A stretch of DNA of 64,000 bases, taken from positions 1 through 64,000 of the IMG/VR virus record IMGVR_UViG_3300025411_000008. One strand, written 5' to 3'. Within the stretch, counting starts at the first letter, position 1; each line of letters opens with the position of its first letter. The notes under the pieces are model-generated. The model was given only the letters and a program-made list of their open reading frames with translations, was not told the origin of the DNA and did no database searches. This stretch comes from a virus. This document shows, in pieces, positions 17,562-26,913 of this stretch. Position numbers and translations under genes: made by a program.

Positions 17562-20500
17562 GACGGAACAAACTTCTTAGTCCCAAACCATCTCTGAGCT
17601 TCTGTACTTCTACCAAGACAGGCGTACCTACCTCTAGGTTTTCCTTCACACGCTGGTATGCGTCTGGGAAAGCCACGATCTGTACGGTCTCGTCTCTTGA
17701 TGAGGCTTCTTCCTCATCGTCGTCAAGCATACCATCATCTTCTGCACTGGATACAGGAAGCTCTACCCATAGCTGGCACATTTCTGAACCTGGGTTCTTA
17801 CCCTTCTTGGTCACCAGTGGCTTAATCATAGTAACGATACCACCGAGCATAGCCTTCTCACCATGGAACATCTTCTTCTCACCAGGGAAGGTATGCTCTT
17901 CTTCGATTACTTCGAGATAATCAGCAAGAGGATCGATACTAACCATAGTTCCCAGCAAATCTTGCTCATTAGCGCCACGCGCTTCAATCGTTTCGACGTT
18001 GGTTGCCAAACAATCGAAATAATTATCGCGTCCAGCGCAATACCCGCAGTCATCAGGGCAATTAGTATCCACATATTTCTTGTATTCCTTTCGAGTCTTG
18101 TAGTATTCGTACAAGGCAGCCTTTGGGTCACCACATAAGCTATCAAACACACCGCATTTGATCATTGAAACAATGGCCCGCTTGTTGACACGCCTGGTAG
18201 GCACACGGTCGAGGAAGTCTTCCATGCTCTTGAACGGACCAAACTTGATAATCTCCGATGCAGCATTAGCAACGTACTTGACCTTGCTCAAACCATATCG
18301 GATGTTCCCACCCTTTGTCAACGTGAAGTTGTCACCACTCTCGTTAATGTCTGGGCCGAGTACCTCGATGCCCATACGGCGAGCTTCACGCTGGTAGATA
18401 ACACTGTCGTTAGGGTTTGTACGGAACAGGGCGGTCATGAACTCCTGTGGGTAGTGGTGCTTAACCCATGCAGTCCAGTAGGAGAGCATAGAGTAGCCAT
18501 AACCGTGACTCTTGTTGAAGCCGTACATACCGAAAGCACGCATGTCATCGAAGATAGACTCTGCAGTCTTCTGGTCGATGCCGTTGTCGATACACTTCTG
18601 CACGAAGATCTCGGCCTCGTCCTTCATGTCTTCGTAGTTAGACTTGGCAACTGCCTTACGAACACGGTCGGTCTCAACGATGGTATAACCAGCGAGAGCT
18701 ACACACGTCTCCATGATCTGCTCCTGGTAGACGAAGCTACCATAGGAAACGCCCAGGATATCCCGTAGCTTAGGGTGCTTATAAGTTACGCTACGCTTGC
18801 CCTCTCGCTTCTGCATGTACATCTCGAGCAGGTTGAGACCAGTCTCTGAGTCAACCGAACGAGTGATACCAGGGCGGTAGATGGCAATCATCGTGCATAG
18901 GTCTTCTATGCTTCGTGGTTGGAATCGCTTAACCAGGCTTCTAAGGGAACCTGTCTCAATCTGGAAGAGTCCAATATTGTGACCAGTGCAGATGGAATCC
19001 CAGACTCCAGCATCGTCGTAGTATTTGTCCCATTCGTAGTTCCATTCATAGAAATGACGGAAAGGTAAGGTGCCACCGTTGTTCTCCTTGATTAGGTCTA
19101 ATGCAGCCATGAGCGTACTAAGTGTACGTAGACCGAGCAAGTCGATCTTTACGAAGCCAAGCTCATCTACACCGTTCATGTCGAACTGCGTACGGATGTC
19201 GTCTTGGCTAGGGCTATAGCGCAGTGGCATAGCACCAATGAGCGACTCTTTGCTGATAACGATGCCTGCAGCGTGTGCGCTGGTGTGGCGGATGTGGTTC
19301 ACGAACTCAGGAAGGTTCTCGAACAGCTTTGGGTACTTAGTGACCCACGGAGCGTAGTCCTTTGAGTACTGCTTCATCACGTCCTGCCAAGTGGCACCAC
19401 GGTTCTTAAGGTTCCAGTCATCCTCGATGATATCAATCATCATCTGGGTGTCTTCCTTGTTGATGCCTAGGCCACGGCAGGTGTCACGGATAGCCTGCTT
19501 CGGCCCTAGCGTGTTCGACGTACCAATCGATGCGATGTTGTGTCTACCGTACTTCTTTTCGAGGTAGTCACGTACCATTCCACGCTCTAGCTTGGGCATG
19601 TCGATGTCGATGTCGGGCATACTGACACGCTCAGGGTTAAGGAACCGTTCGAAGATCAGACCAGATGGGATGGGGTCTACCTCGGTAATGTCCATAACGT
19701 ATGACAGCAGTGAACCACCAGCTGAGCCACGGCTAGGTCCTACAAGGAACCCCTCGCTCTTGCTCCAGTTGATGAGGTCCTGTACGGTCAGGAAGTATCC
19801 TGGGAAACCACGAGTGGTAACGATGTCGATCTCGTACTCTAGGCGGTCACGGTATACCTGAATCATATCGTCAGCTATGTGCCCAACGATCTTGCGAGCA
19901 AAGCCTTCTTCAGCAGTCTCTCGCATCTTACGCTCGTCCATCTTGGCAGTGTTGTAGAACACAGGCATCTTACGTGAGCCTGGGATGCGAGCATCGCACA
20001 TGTCAGCAATCTCGCTGGTGCGCTTGATAGCTCCATCAACGATTGACTCTGGCAGATAGCTTAAACGACTGCGAGTCTCTTCCTCTGAGAAGAGGCACAG
20101 CTGGTTAGAGCCGTAGCTGAACCGTGATGGGTCGTTGATATTCTTACCCATCTGGATAGCGGTCATAAGCTCGTGGGCATACCACTGCTCTGGCTCTGCG
20201 TAGTGTGAGTCGGCCACGGTAATGAGTGGCACGCTGTAGTCAAGAGCAGCCTCTGCTACACGCATGTTCCATTCGTTACTCTCTGGGTCGAGGTAGGTGT
20301 GCAGTTCCAAGTGGAAGCGGTCACCGAAGATAGCCTGATACCGGCCAATGCGCTCTACTGCTTTGGTGTAGTCACCATCGTCCTTGAGGTGCTTACCGAT
20401 GCAACCACCCATGCAACCACCAGTGACGATGAGACCCTCATTGTACTTCTCAAGGATTTCCCAGTCAAAGCGTGGGTTGCCGTAGTAGCTACCCTCGATG

Positions 20501-20829
20501 TAAGCGAGGCTCGAGAGAGACCACAGGTTCTCCAAGCCCTTGGCGTTCATGGCCACAATAGTCATGTGGTCGTAGTTCTCACCCTTCTTGCCTTCCTTGT
20601 GGTGGCGGTTCTCGGTGAAGTACCCTTCCATGCCGTAGATAGGCTTGATGCCAGCTTTGTCAGCTGCATGCTGGAGTTGAAGATGGCCACTACATTCACC
20701 GTGGTCGGTGATGGCGACAGAGCCCTGGTCGAGCTTTACCACTCGATTGACGATGTCCTCAATGGTAGCGAGTCCATCCAAGCAACTGTGCTCTGAGTGA
20801 GTGTGGAGGTGGACTAAACGATCTGACAT
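17536..20829 (-). CDS. dnaE: DNA polymerase III alpha subunit (family C)
   Basis: PHP domain HLHTHS..DG, ITDHG, DSHY; RGSAGGSL; FERFLNPER.SMPDIDID; KIDLLGL; FNKSH; C-terminal OB fold. Confidence 0.97.
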   Translation of the reverse strand: MSDRLVHLHTHSEHSCLDGLATIEDIVNRVVKLDQGSVAITDHGECSGHLQLQHAADKAGIKPIYGMEGYFTENRHHKEGKKGENYDHMTIVAMNAKGLENLWSLSSLAYIEGSYYGNPRFDWEILEKYNEGLIVTGGCMGGCIGKHLKDDGDYTKAVERIGRYQAIFGDRFHLELHTYLDPESNEWNMRVAEAALDYSVPLITVADSHYAEPEQWYAHELMTAIQMGKNINDPSRFSYGSNQLCLFSEEETRSRLSYLPESIVDGAIKRTSEIADMCDARIPGSRKMPVFYNTAKMDERKMRETAEEGFARKIVGHIADDMIQVYRDRLEYEIDIVTTRGFPGYFLTVQDLINWSKSEGFLVGPSRGSAGGSLLSYVMDITEVDPIPSGLIFERFLNPERVSMPDIDIDMPKLERGMVRDYLEKKYGRHNIASIGTSNTLGPKQAIRDTCRGLGINKEDTQMMIDIIEDDWNLKNRGATWQDVMKQYSKDYAPWVTKYPKLFENLPEFVNHIRHTSAHAAGIVISKESLIGAMPLRYSPSQDDIRTQFDMNGVDELGFVKIDLLGLRTLSTLMAALDLIKENNGGTLPFRHFYEWNYEWDKYYDDAGVWDSICTGHNIGLFQIETGSLRSLVKRFQPRSIEDLCTMIAIYRPGITRSVDSETGLNLLEMYMQKREGKRSVTYKHPKLRDILGVSYGSFVYQEQIMETCVALAGYTIVETDRVRKAVAKSNYEDMKDEAEIFVQKCIDNGIDQKTAESIFDDMRAFGMYGFNKSHGYGYSMLSYWTAWVKHHYPQEFMTALFRTNPNDSVIYQREARRMGIEVLGPDINESGDNFTLTKGGNIRYGLSKVKYVANAASEIIKFGPFKSMEDFLDRVPTRRVNKRAIVSMIKCGVFDSLCGDPKAALYEYYKTRKEYKKYVDTNCPDDCGYCAGRDNYFDCLATNVETIEARGANEQDLLGTMVSIDPLADYLEVIEEEHTFPGEKKMFHGEKAMLGGIVTMIKPLVTKKGKNPGSEMCQLWVELPVSSAEDDGMLDDDEEEASSRDETVQIVAFPDAYQRVKENLEVGTPVLVEVQKLRDGLGLRSLFRLDKLKTAV

Positions 20830-20856
20830 ACTTGTCCTTACTTGGTTAGAGTGGGC

Positions 20857-20885
20857 AGTTTAGTGACGTACCCAGGTCTTTGCAA
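20857..20885 (-). promoter_or_regulatory. Possible SigA-type promoter and/or RNA pseudoknot upstream of dnaE
   Basis: TTGCAA-N17-TAAACT, overlapping GAC-CTGGGTAC-GTC-ACTAAAC-TGCCCA. Confidence 0.5.
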
Positions 20886-20887
20886 CG

Positions 20888-21178
20888 CTATTCGGTAAAG
20901 ATGCCGAGAATGTGCTCGGCTAGGAAGACGAGATACTCTTCGTCGTCTACCACGATCTTCTGTGCAGCCCTACGGTTGAACAGTACCACATCACCAACGC
21001 TAATGCCAGTTGGCAATACCGCTCCGGTGCTCGTAGTACGTCCTGGGCCTACAGCAACAACAGTACCCTGGTCGGGCATTGCGACTGCTGCTTCGGGAAG
21101 GAAGAAACCACTCTCGGTCTTCTCTTCCACCTTGGCAACCTTAATGATTACCTTATCGTCTATTGCATTCAGTGACAT
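20888..21178 (-). CDS. groES: Co-chaperonin GroES
   Basis: DKVIIK..EEKTESGFFLP...GTVVAVGPG...VGDVVLF...EEYL...ILG. Confidence 0.93.
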   Translation of the reverse strand: MSLNAIDDKVIIKVAKVEEKTESGFFLPEAAVAMPDQGTVVAVGPGRTTSTGAVLPTGISVGDVVLFNRRAAQKIVVDDEEYLVFLAEHILGIFTE

Positions 21179-21198
21179 TTCATTCTTTCTATTGAGTA

Positions 21199-21248
21199 GT
21201 TAGTATGACCTGGAGACAGTGTCATCAAGATCTCCAGGCCATACTAAC
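21199..21248 (-). terminator. 18-bp stem-loop between ssb and groES (terminator or processing/regulatory hairpin)
   Basis: GTTAGTATGGCCTGGAGA-N14-TCTCCAGGTCATACTAAC. The only non-Watson-Crick pair is G-U on the coding strand. No U-tract. Confidence 0.55.
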
Positions 21249-21281
21249 CGATTGCTTACCTGAGGAGGGTATTAAGCAAAC

Positions 21282-22127
21282 TTATTGCTGAGCTGCGAGC
21301 TTACGCTGCAAACGCTCTGCGGTGGTCTCTTCTTCGATGGAGACGTACTCGTCGTCACCATACTCATCGTCACCGAATGAGCTTGAAGAAGCAGGGGCGG
21401 TGCTACCAGTGTTCGAGGAGTACGACTTGTTCTCAGTCTTCTCCTTGACGATACCACGAAGCTTAGCGTCGTAGTACTCAGCCGAACCAATGCGCTTGAG
21501 GTATGCCTCAAGGTCTGGAACGAACTTAGAGTAACGCTCGTCGATGTTGGCGATTTCCTTCTCGGGGAGAGCGAACGCCATGTACGTGGTGTCAGTACCC
21601 TGACCCTGTCGGAGGATCTCGATCTCACGGTCACGGAGTGAACCGTACTTCTCGGAGATCACGGCAATCTGGTTCCAGAAGTTGCGCATGCCCTGGGACA
21701 CAATGCCCACGTATGGCTTCTTCTTCATAACGTTCTTACCGTCGACAACTTCTTCGTATTCAGTCGTAACGTCACGGTAACCAGTGGTCTTACCGTCTTC
21801 CTTGACCTCTTCACGGAGTACGGCAACGCCGTAACCTACGTCTCGACGGTAGGCACCAGGGGTACCCTTCTCACGAGCACACAGCTCGCAAGATGCATCG
21901 AAGGCGGTGCGGCAGACGAACGTCGTCTTCTTACCGTCGTGAGTGGGTACCTGTTCGTGAACTGGAACAACGAAGATGTCGTTCGAGTCAGTGAGAAAGC
22001 GAAGTGGCTTAGCCTCTCCAGCTCTCCAGGTGAACCAGTTGGTCTGTTCGTATGTTCGGGGTCCACTGCCGGACTGCGAACGTTCAATACTGGCCTTTAC
22101 GGCGGCCATGCCTTTTTGTAGTGCCAT
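21282..22127 (-). CDS. Phage single-stranded DNA-binding protein (gp32-like)
   Basis: LRFL...HE...FVC...CELC, GQGTDTTY and an acidic tail, inside the replication cluster. Confidence 0.75.
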   Translation of the reverse strand: MALQKGMAAVKASIERSQSGSGPRTYEQTNWFTWRAGEAKPLRFLTDSNDIFVVPVHEQVPTHDGKKTTFVCRTAFDASCELCAREKGTPGAYRRDVGYGVAVLREEVKEDGKTTGYRDVTTEYEEVVDGKNVMKKKPYVGIVSQGMRNFWNQIAVISEKYGSLRDREIEILRQGQGTDTTYMAFALPEKEIANIDERYSKFVPDLEAYLKRIGSAEYYDAKLRGIVKEKTENKSYSSNTGSTAPASSSSFGDDEYGDDEYVSIEEETTAERLQRKLAAQQ

Positions 22128-22187
22128 TGTTATTGCTTTCTGTGAGAAGCCCTAGGGCTATATATTGTTATGTGTACTGCTTTCATA

Positions 22188-22217
22188 AGCGTAGCAGCTC
22201 TAACTACTGTGTGTCAA
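22188..22217 (-). promoter_or_regulatory. SigA-type promoter for ssb
   Basis: TTGACA-N18-TACGCT with extended -10 TG. Confidence 0.55.
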
Positions 22218-23219
22218 ACAGTGTTTTAACTGGTACTCAAACGAACTAATTGGTTCAGGAATAGAAGCAAGTGTAGCAGGATCTTCATCGTCCGGTGTCT
22301 CAATTATAGACAATTTCGTATAAGTTCCTAAACTCTCTATAATGTGCTGCGTAGCAATCCTACCAGCAATATCGCCATCCATAAACACGTTGATTTTGCG
22401 GAAATTGCGGAGCAATTCCATTTGCTGCTTGTCCACCTTGGCACCAAACGTGGCTACCACATTGTCAATGCCCCTGGTTTTCATCACAAGGACGCTCATT
22501 GGGCTCTCAACAACGTACACCTCGTCGTGCGCAATTGCGTTGTCTAAATTAAAAAGCCAGGCACCTCTTGGGAAACCCTTGGAGTTTCGGTACTTTGGCA
22601 CCCCTGGCACCTCTTGAATCTTACGTGCAACCCATCCGACCAGCTTGCCCTTCATAAAGTGTGGCAGTACGACCCTGTCAAGGGTCACCATTTGCTGCCC
22701 CTCTGGGGATTTAGAAAATTCGGACCGCCCAACCTCCACGCCCGTGCGCATCTCCCGCTGTACGGCCTCTGAGACCCCTCTGGAGGTAAGGTAATCACAT
22801 GGACCTTCCCACCTGCGTAATAAGGTATCGCTGTAGACCGGGATATCGGTGGTTTCGTGGTGATTTGGCTCAAATACACCCTCTAGACGCTTGATGAAGT
22901 CCTCGATCGGTACGATGGTGGTACCGTTGACTTCCCCCATGAGCCTAGCGATGGCTTCCTCACGGGTAATGCTCAGGGAGTTCTGTACTAGCCAGATTAC
23001 GCTACCGCCCCCACAGGTGAAGCAATTGAACAGGAGGGTATCCTTGTTTAAGCTAGCACTGGGGCTACGGTCGCCGTTCTTGTGGTTACCAATGTTGAGG
23101 TGGCAGGAGTGAATCAGCTCATCGCCGCTCTCCTGTATCTCGCCTACTCCCAGGATGTCCTGGAGAACTACATATGCGTCAAGACCATTGAAGATCTCGC
23201 TTAGTTGCCCTTCAGCCAT
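22200..23219 (-). CDS. dnaG: DNA primase (Zn finger plus TOPRIM)
   Basis: CH...H..D..PS...NCFTC; VVES..., DGDIAG, DEDP. Confidence 0.9.
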   Translation of the reverse strand: MAEGQLSEIFNGLDAYVVLQDILGVGEIQESGDELIHSCHLNIGNHKNGDRSPSASLNKDTLLFNCFTCGGGSVIWLVQNSLSITREEAIARLMGEVNGTTIVPIEDFIKRLEGVFEPNHHETTDIPVYSDTLLRRWEGPCDYLTSRGVSEAVQREMRTGVEVGRSEFSKSPEGQQMVTLDRVVLPHFMKGKLVGWVARKIQEVPGVPKYRNSKGFPRGAWLFNLDNAIAHDEVYVVESPMSVLVMKTRGIDNVVATFGAKVDKQQMELLRNFRKINVFMDGDIAGRIATQHIIESLGTYTKLSIIETPDDEDPATLASIPEPISSFEYQLKHCLTHSS

Positions 23220-23331
23220 TTCTGATTGTCCTTGTACTCTTCCTTGAACTGCTTAATGAACTCACGGTCTCTGGGGCTTAGGTCGTTCAGAGACTGTTCT
23301 GCTAACTTCTTTGGGTCCTTCATTGGGTCAA

Positions 23332-23760
23332 TCATACAAGGGCCTCCTGCGGCCATACGTAGGGAAGGTCATTGGGCTCATCCCAGAACTCACCATACCA
23401 TTCTGGCAACTTACGAGTCAAATTGCTACGGTGGCTTTCGTGTAGGCCATGGTGACCTAGCCATGCTGGGCTTTGCCACTCTGAATGTGGAACGTTGCTG
23501 ACCATTGCTTCGGTCTTGTCGAGGCACGTGTCTTTGTAACCACGTGATGTCCACTCATTGCAGATTGCACGCTGGTACATCATCAAGGCACCACGGTGGC
23601 CACGCCACATAGCTACAGCTGGGTGATTCTGCCAACCATACGTAGGATCGTTAAGAGCCTTCATGATCTGCAGGGTCTCAACCCTTTGTTTCCCCAAACG
23701 CTGGCGGTCTAGCACCTTTGCTGTCTGACTGAAATTTGCGTATGGAACAAATGTTTGCAT
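23332..23760 (-). CDS. Pyrimidine-dimer DNA glycosylase-like protein (MSMEG_6728/DenV family)
   Basis: MQTFVPY...LDRQRLGKQRVE..QI...HPAVAMWRG...SHRSNL.RK...YVWP. Confidence 0.9.
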   Translation of the reverse strand: MQTFVPYANFSQTAKVLDRQRLGKQRVETLQIMKALNDPTYGWQNHPAVAMWRGHRGALMMYQRAICNEWTSRGYKDTCLDKTEAMVSNVPHSEWQSPAWLGHHGLHESHRSNLTRKLPEWYGEFWDEPNDLPYVWPQEALV

Positions 23761-23762
23761 TC

Positions 23763-25043
23763 TTACTCTCCTGCTTCTTCGTATTCTCTAACTATACTCA
23801 AGCTGGTACGGTCGCGCAACTCGAAGCCCATCATCCATGATTTCAGGTCACTACGACGAGACTTCATGATGTCCATGACCAGTGCTTCCTGACGCTTCAT
23901 CTCAGCCGTACAACCAATACCAAGGGCAATGTCGACCACCTGTTCGATCTGTGATGATAGACCAATGTTGCCTAGGCCACCACGGCCCTTCTTGCTCTTG
24001 GTCGCTTCACGGTTGAACTGAGCCAGCCATACAGAAGCCATGCCCATCTCACGGTTGACAGAAGCAACGTCGTTGATGACCTCAGCCATCTGGAGCGACT
24101 GGTAGTTGCTTGATGAGCCGAAGTTCTTCTCGCTGGTAATCCATGACAACTGGTCACCTACCATGAGGTCAGCACCCCAGTGCTTAGCCTTGGAGTACAG
24201 CTCGAGCACACTGCGCTCAGACTTCTTGCTTGGTGAGTCGATGAGAAGGTACTCACCGAACTCCATAATCTCTTCACGTGCTTCCTTGAGACGCTTCAAC
24301 TCGTTAGGCGTTAGCTGTCCACGTTCGTAACGGCTATAAGGCACACCACTGGCTAGGCAGTCGAGGCGCATCAGTGTCAGTTCCTTACGGAGCTCCAACG
24401 ATGCAAAGTAGACACGGTTCTTACGGCGTGCTGCTTCTAGAGCAATGACCGAACCAATCCATGACTTACCTACGTTGGGGATACCTACGACAACGGCAAG
24501 CTCGCCCTTCTGGATGCCATACATGTGGTCATTCAGCTGGTCCCAGCCTAGGTAGATACCCTTCTTGTCCTTCATGGGGTTGGCTACTTCATCGATGTAG
24601 TCATTCACACGGCGGTCATAGCCTTCACCATAGATTTCGATACGCTCACGTGTACTCGTATCGCTCTGAATCTTTGACAGGCTGTTGAGAGCAATGGCGA
24701 TGCCCTCTTCAGGGTCGGTCTCCAATGCGTTAGCTGCTTTGAGCAACACGCTCTGGGTGGTTGCCTTACGGTACTTTGCAACCATCTCCTCGATCAAAAC
24801 ATCAACGAGGTAACTCTCTTGTGGCCATTCGTTACGTGCGAAGTAGTCATCAAACTTGGTCTCCAGGAAGTCCTGGTCTACCGTCTGTTTGAACTCGCTA
24901 CGTACGTAGTAGTCAAGGCTGTAGTCGAAGAGCTCTCTGACACCTGGGTCGAAGAAGTGCTCGCTACGGATACCCTTGTTCCAAATCTCGTTGAAGCTTT
25001 CGAGGTCGACAAAATGCTTTACTAATGACTTTTCAATGTCCAT
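23763..25043 (-). CDS. dnaB: Replicative DnaB-like helicase
   Basis: Walker A GIPNVGKS, SLE, DQL, AQFNRE, IEQVVD. Confidence 0.9.
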   Translation of the reverse strand: MDIEKSLVKHFVDLESFNEIWNKGIRSEHFFDPGVRELFDYSLDYYVRSEFKQTVDQDFLETKFDDYFARNEWPQESYLVDVLIEEMVAKYRKATTQSVLLKAANALETDPEEGIAIALNSLSKIQSDTSTRERIEIYGEGYDRRVNDYIDEVANPMKDKKGIYLGWDQLNDHMYGIQKGELAVVVGIPNVGKSWIGSVIALEAARRKNRVYFASLELRKELTLMRLDCLASGVPYSRYERGQLTPNELKRLKEAREEIMEFGEYLLIDSPSKKSERSVLELYSKAKHWGADLMVGDQLSWITSEKNFGSSSNYQSLQMAEVINDVASVNREMGMASVWLAQFNREATKSKKGRGGLGNIGLSSQIEQVVDIALGIGCTAEMKRQEALVMDIMKSRRSDLKSWMMGFELRDRTSLSIVREYEEAGE

Positions 25044-25057
25044 CTTCTTACTTTCTG

Positions 25058-25858
25058 TTAGATAATCTTACGGGCGGTGCCTTGCTTGATTTCATCAAGC
25101 GTACGGTCCCTAGCATACTCACGGTAGTCAATACCGGTCATCTCGTGCACAATCATACGCTCCTTGAGCAATGAGAAGATAGCACTACCATAGCCTTCAT
25201 TCAGTTCCTCGATCGTCATGTTCGTGGTGATGAAGGTAGGTCGGTTGTCCAACGCACGCTGACGCAGCACGTGGTCAAAGGTTGCTTCGCTTAGGTTGTT
25301 CTTGGTACGGAACTCCTTACCAATGTCGTCCAGGAAGAACACGTCGCTCTTAACGACCTTGCTCTCGAAGCGTGCCTTGTCTTCATTACTACCCCAACCA
25401 CGGGTGAACTCGTCAACCATCTGTGTGAACGTAGCAAAGTAAACTTTGTAGCCCAGCTTGACAAGCTCCTTAGCGATAAGGCTAGTGAGCAGAGTCTTAC
25501 CAGTACCCCATGAACCGTGGTAGAGAAGGCCCATGCCACCCTTAACAAAGTCCTTGTGCTGCCCCAGGTAGATACGAGCAAGGTCTGATGCCTTGTCGTC
25601 ACCATGGAAGTCATGCCAGTCGAGCTTCTGGTAGTTGAGGCCAACGCCTGCACGCAGGTAGTGCTTGTACAGCTGGAGCTGTGTCTTGCAGTCACCGCAC
25701 GTGTGGTCTTCACACGTTGGGCAACCACGCTTGTTGAATGCTTCAAACTGTGGGTACTTCTGCTCTAGGTAGTCGATCTCATCATCGTCTAGAAACTCAT
25801 ACTTCAGATTGACATAGTCTTTCTGCCAATCAAACAGCGAATCGTTTAAGGAAGTCAT
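25058..25858 (-). CDS. DnaC/IstB-like AAA+ helicase loader
   Basis: CPTC...C..C; GSWGTGKT; LDDIGKE; TFITTN. Confidence 0.88.
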   Translation of the reverse strand: MTSLNDSLFDWQKDYVNLKYEFLDDDEIDYLEQKYPQFEAFNKRGCPTCEDHTCGDCKTQLQLYKHYLRAGVGLNYQKLDWHDFHGDDKASDLARIYLGQHKDFVKGGMGLLYHGSWGTGKTLLTSLIAKELVKLGYKVYFATFTQMVDEFTRGWGSNEDKARFESKVVKSDVFFLDDIGKEFRTKNNLSEATFDHVLRQRALDNRPTFITTNMTIEELNEGYGSAIFSLLKERMIVHEMTGIDYREYARDRTLDEIKQGTARKII

Positions 25859-26291
25859 CTGTACTCATTAACCCTTCTGAACTTGGTCGGTTTTCTTCTT
25901 TGATCTTATCTTGCTGGAGCTCAATATACAAAGTATCTTGAATCCACTTACTGCCTTTACTGAATGCTGTCAGCGTCATCACTTGGTCATTGATCTTGCC
26001 CTTGTGCTTATCGAACAAGAGCTTAATCATATACCCTGCGTCAATACCATAGCGTTCTCTAAACGACTTAAGGATAGATGTCTCCTTGACCCACTCTACG
26101 TTATATTCGTAGCCCTGGGTCTCCTTAAACCTATTGCAGAAATAGAGAAGCAGCTCACGTGCATCAGCCCTTGACAAGTCTAACTCTTTGACAAGGTCTT
26201 CCTTGCTTGATACTACTTCTACTTCTAGTACCTCGTCGTAACTATCATCATCATAGTTAGCGAGAGGACCATCAAAGCTTTTCTCTTCCAT
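25830..26291 (-). CDS. Hypothetical protein (possible replication initiator or loader partner)
   Basis: Directly upstream of and overlapping the DnaC-like gene. Confidence 0.5.
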   Translation of the reverse strand: MEEKSFDGPLANYDDDSYDEVLEVEVVSSKEDLVKELDLSRADARELLLYFCNRFKETQGYEYNVEWVKETSILKSFRERYGIDAGYMIKLLFDKHKGKINDQVMTLTAFSKGSKWIQDTLYIELQQDKIKEENRPSSEGLMSTDDFLKRFAV

Positions 26292-26658
26292 TCTTAATTC
26301 CTCTCAGAGACAAGAACTTATCACATACATCAGAGAACATCTGTATCTTCTTCTCGATCCACTTGCGTGTCTCTTCATCGATGTCATTGAGGTTACGACC
26401 TGTTGGGCCGAGGGCTGAGACGTTGCTCTTCACAAGCAACAGGAAACGCCACTGAGTATCAGCGTTGTTCTTGTCGCCTTCTTCGTGGCCATACAACTGG
26501 ATCCACTTCTCGTCCATGCCGCACAGGAAACCTTCGTAAACGAAACCGTCACTAAACACCTGTACTTCTTGTCGTCTACTGGCAATAATAGCGATGTTTC
26601 TCTCGAACATCGTATCTTCAGCCTGAGCTAACTTATCCATCATGCTTCTTTCTTCCAT
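26272..26658 (-). CDS. Hypothetical protein (possible Sm/Hfq-like fold)
   Basis: VQVFSDGFVYEGFLCGMDEKWIQL beta pattern. Weak call. Confidence 0.45.
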   Translation of the reverse strand: MEERSMMDKLAQAEDTMFERNIAIIASRRQEVQVFSDGFVYEGFLCGMDEKWIQLYGHEEGDKNNADTQWRFLLLVKSNVSALGPTGRNLNDIDEETRKWIEKKIQMFSDVCDKFLSLRGIKNGREKL

Positions 26659-26903
26659 CCGTCGAAATCGACTTCAAACTTACCCCACCTGGATTCAGGA
26701 AAGGCTACTTGCTTTTGTGTTTTAATGCTAGATACAACGATCATGTCATCAATGATCTTCCATGCGAAGAAGAACGGTGCCAATGCAATAAAGATTGGTG
26801 ACATAATTAAAAAACCAAGACCTAAACAGAATGTCATAACCACTTTGAAAGTGGTAGACCTGCTGTTGACTATTGTCTTACTTGGCAGAAATCTAAACTG
26901 CAT
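26640..26903 (-). CDS. Small membrane protein
   Basis: Hydrophobic stretch VVMTFCLGLGFLIMSPIFIALAPFFFAW. Confidence 0.6.
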   Translation of the reverse strand: MQFRFLPSKTIVNSRSTTFKVVMTFCLGLGFLIMSPIFIALAPFFFAWKIIDDMIVVSSIKTQKQVAFPESRWGKFEVDFDGWKKEA

Positions 26904-26913
26904 ACTACTCCTT

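Noticed and set aside
21199-21248. CIRCE operator upstream of groES
   Set aside because: The inverted repeat does not match TTAGCACTC-N9-GAGTGCTAA.
15664-25043. Inteins or introns in recA, dnaE or dnaB
   Set aside because: Lengths are normal, motifs are contiguous and no splice signatures were seen. The acidic stretch near the DnaE C-terminus is only a short loop.
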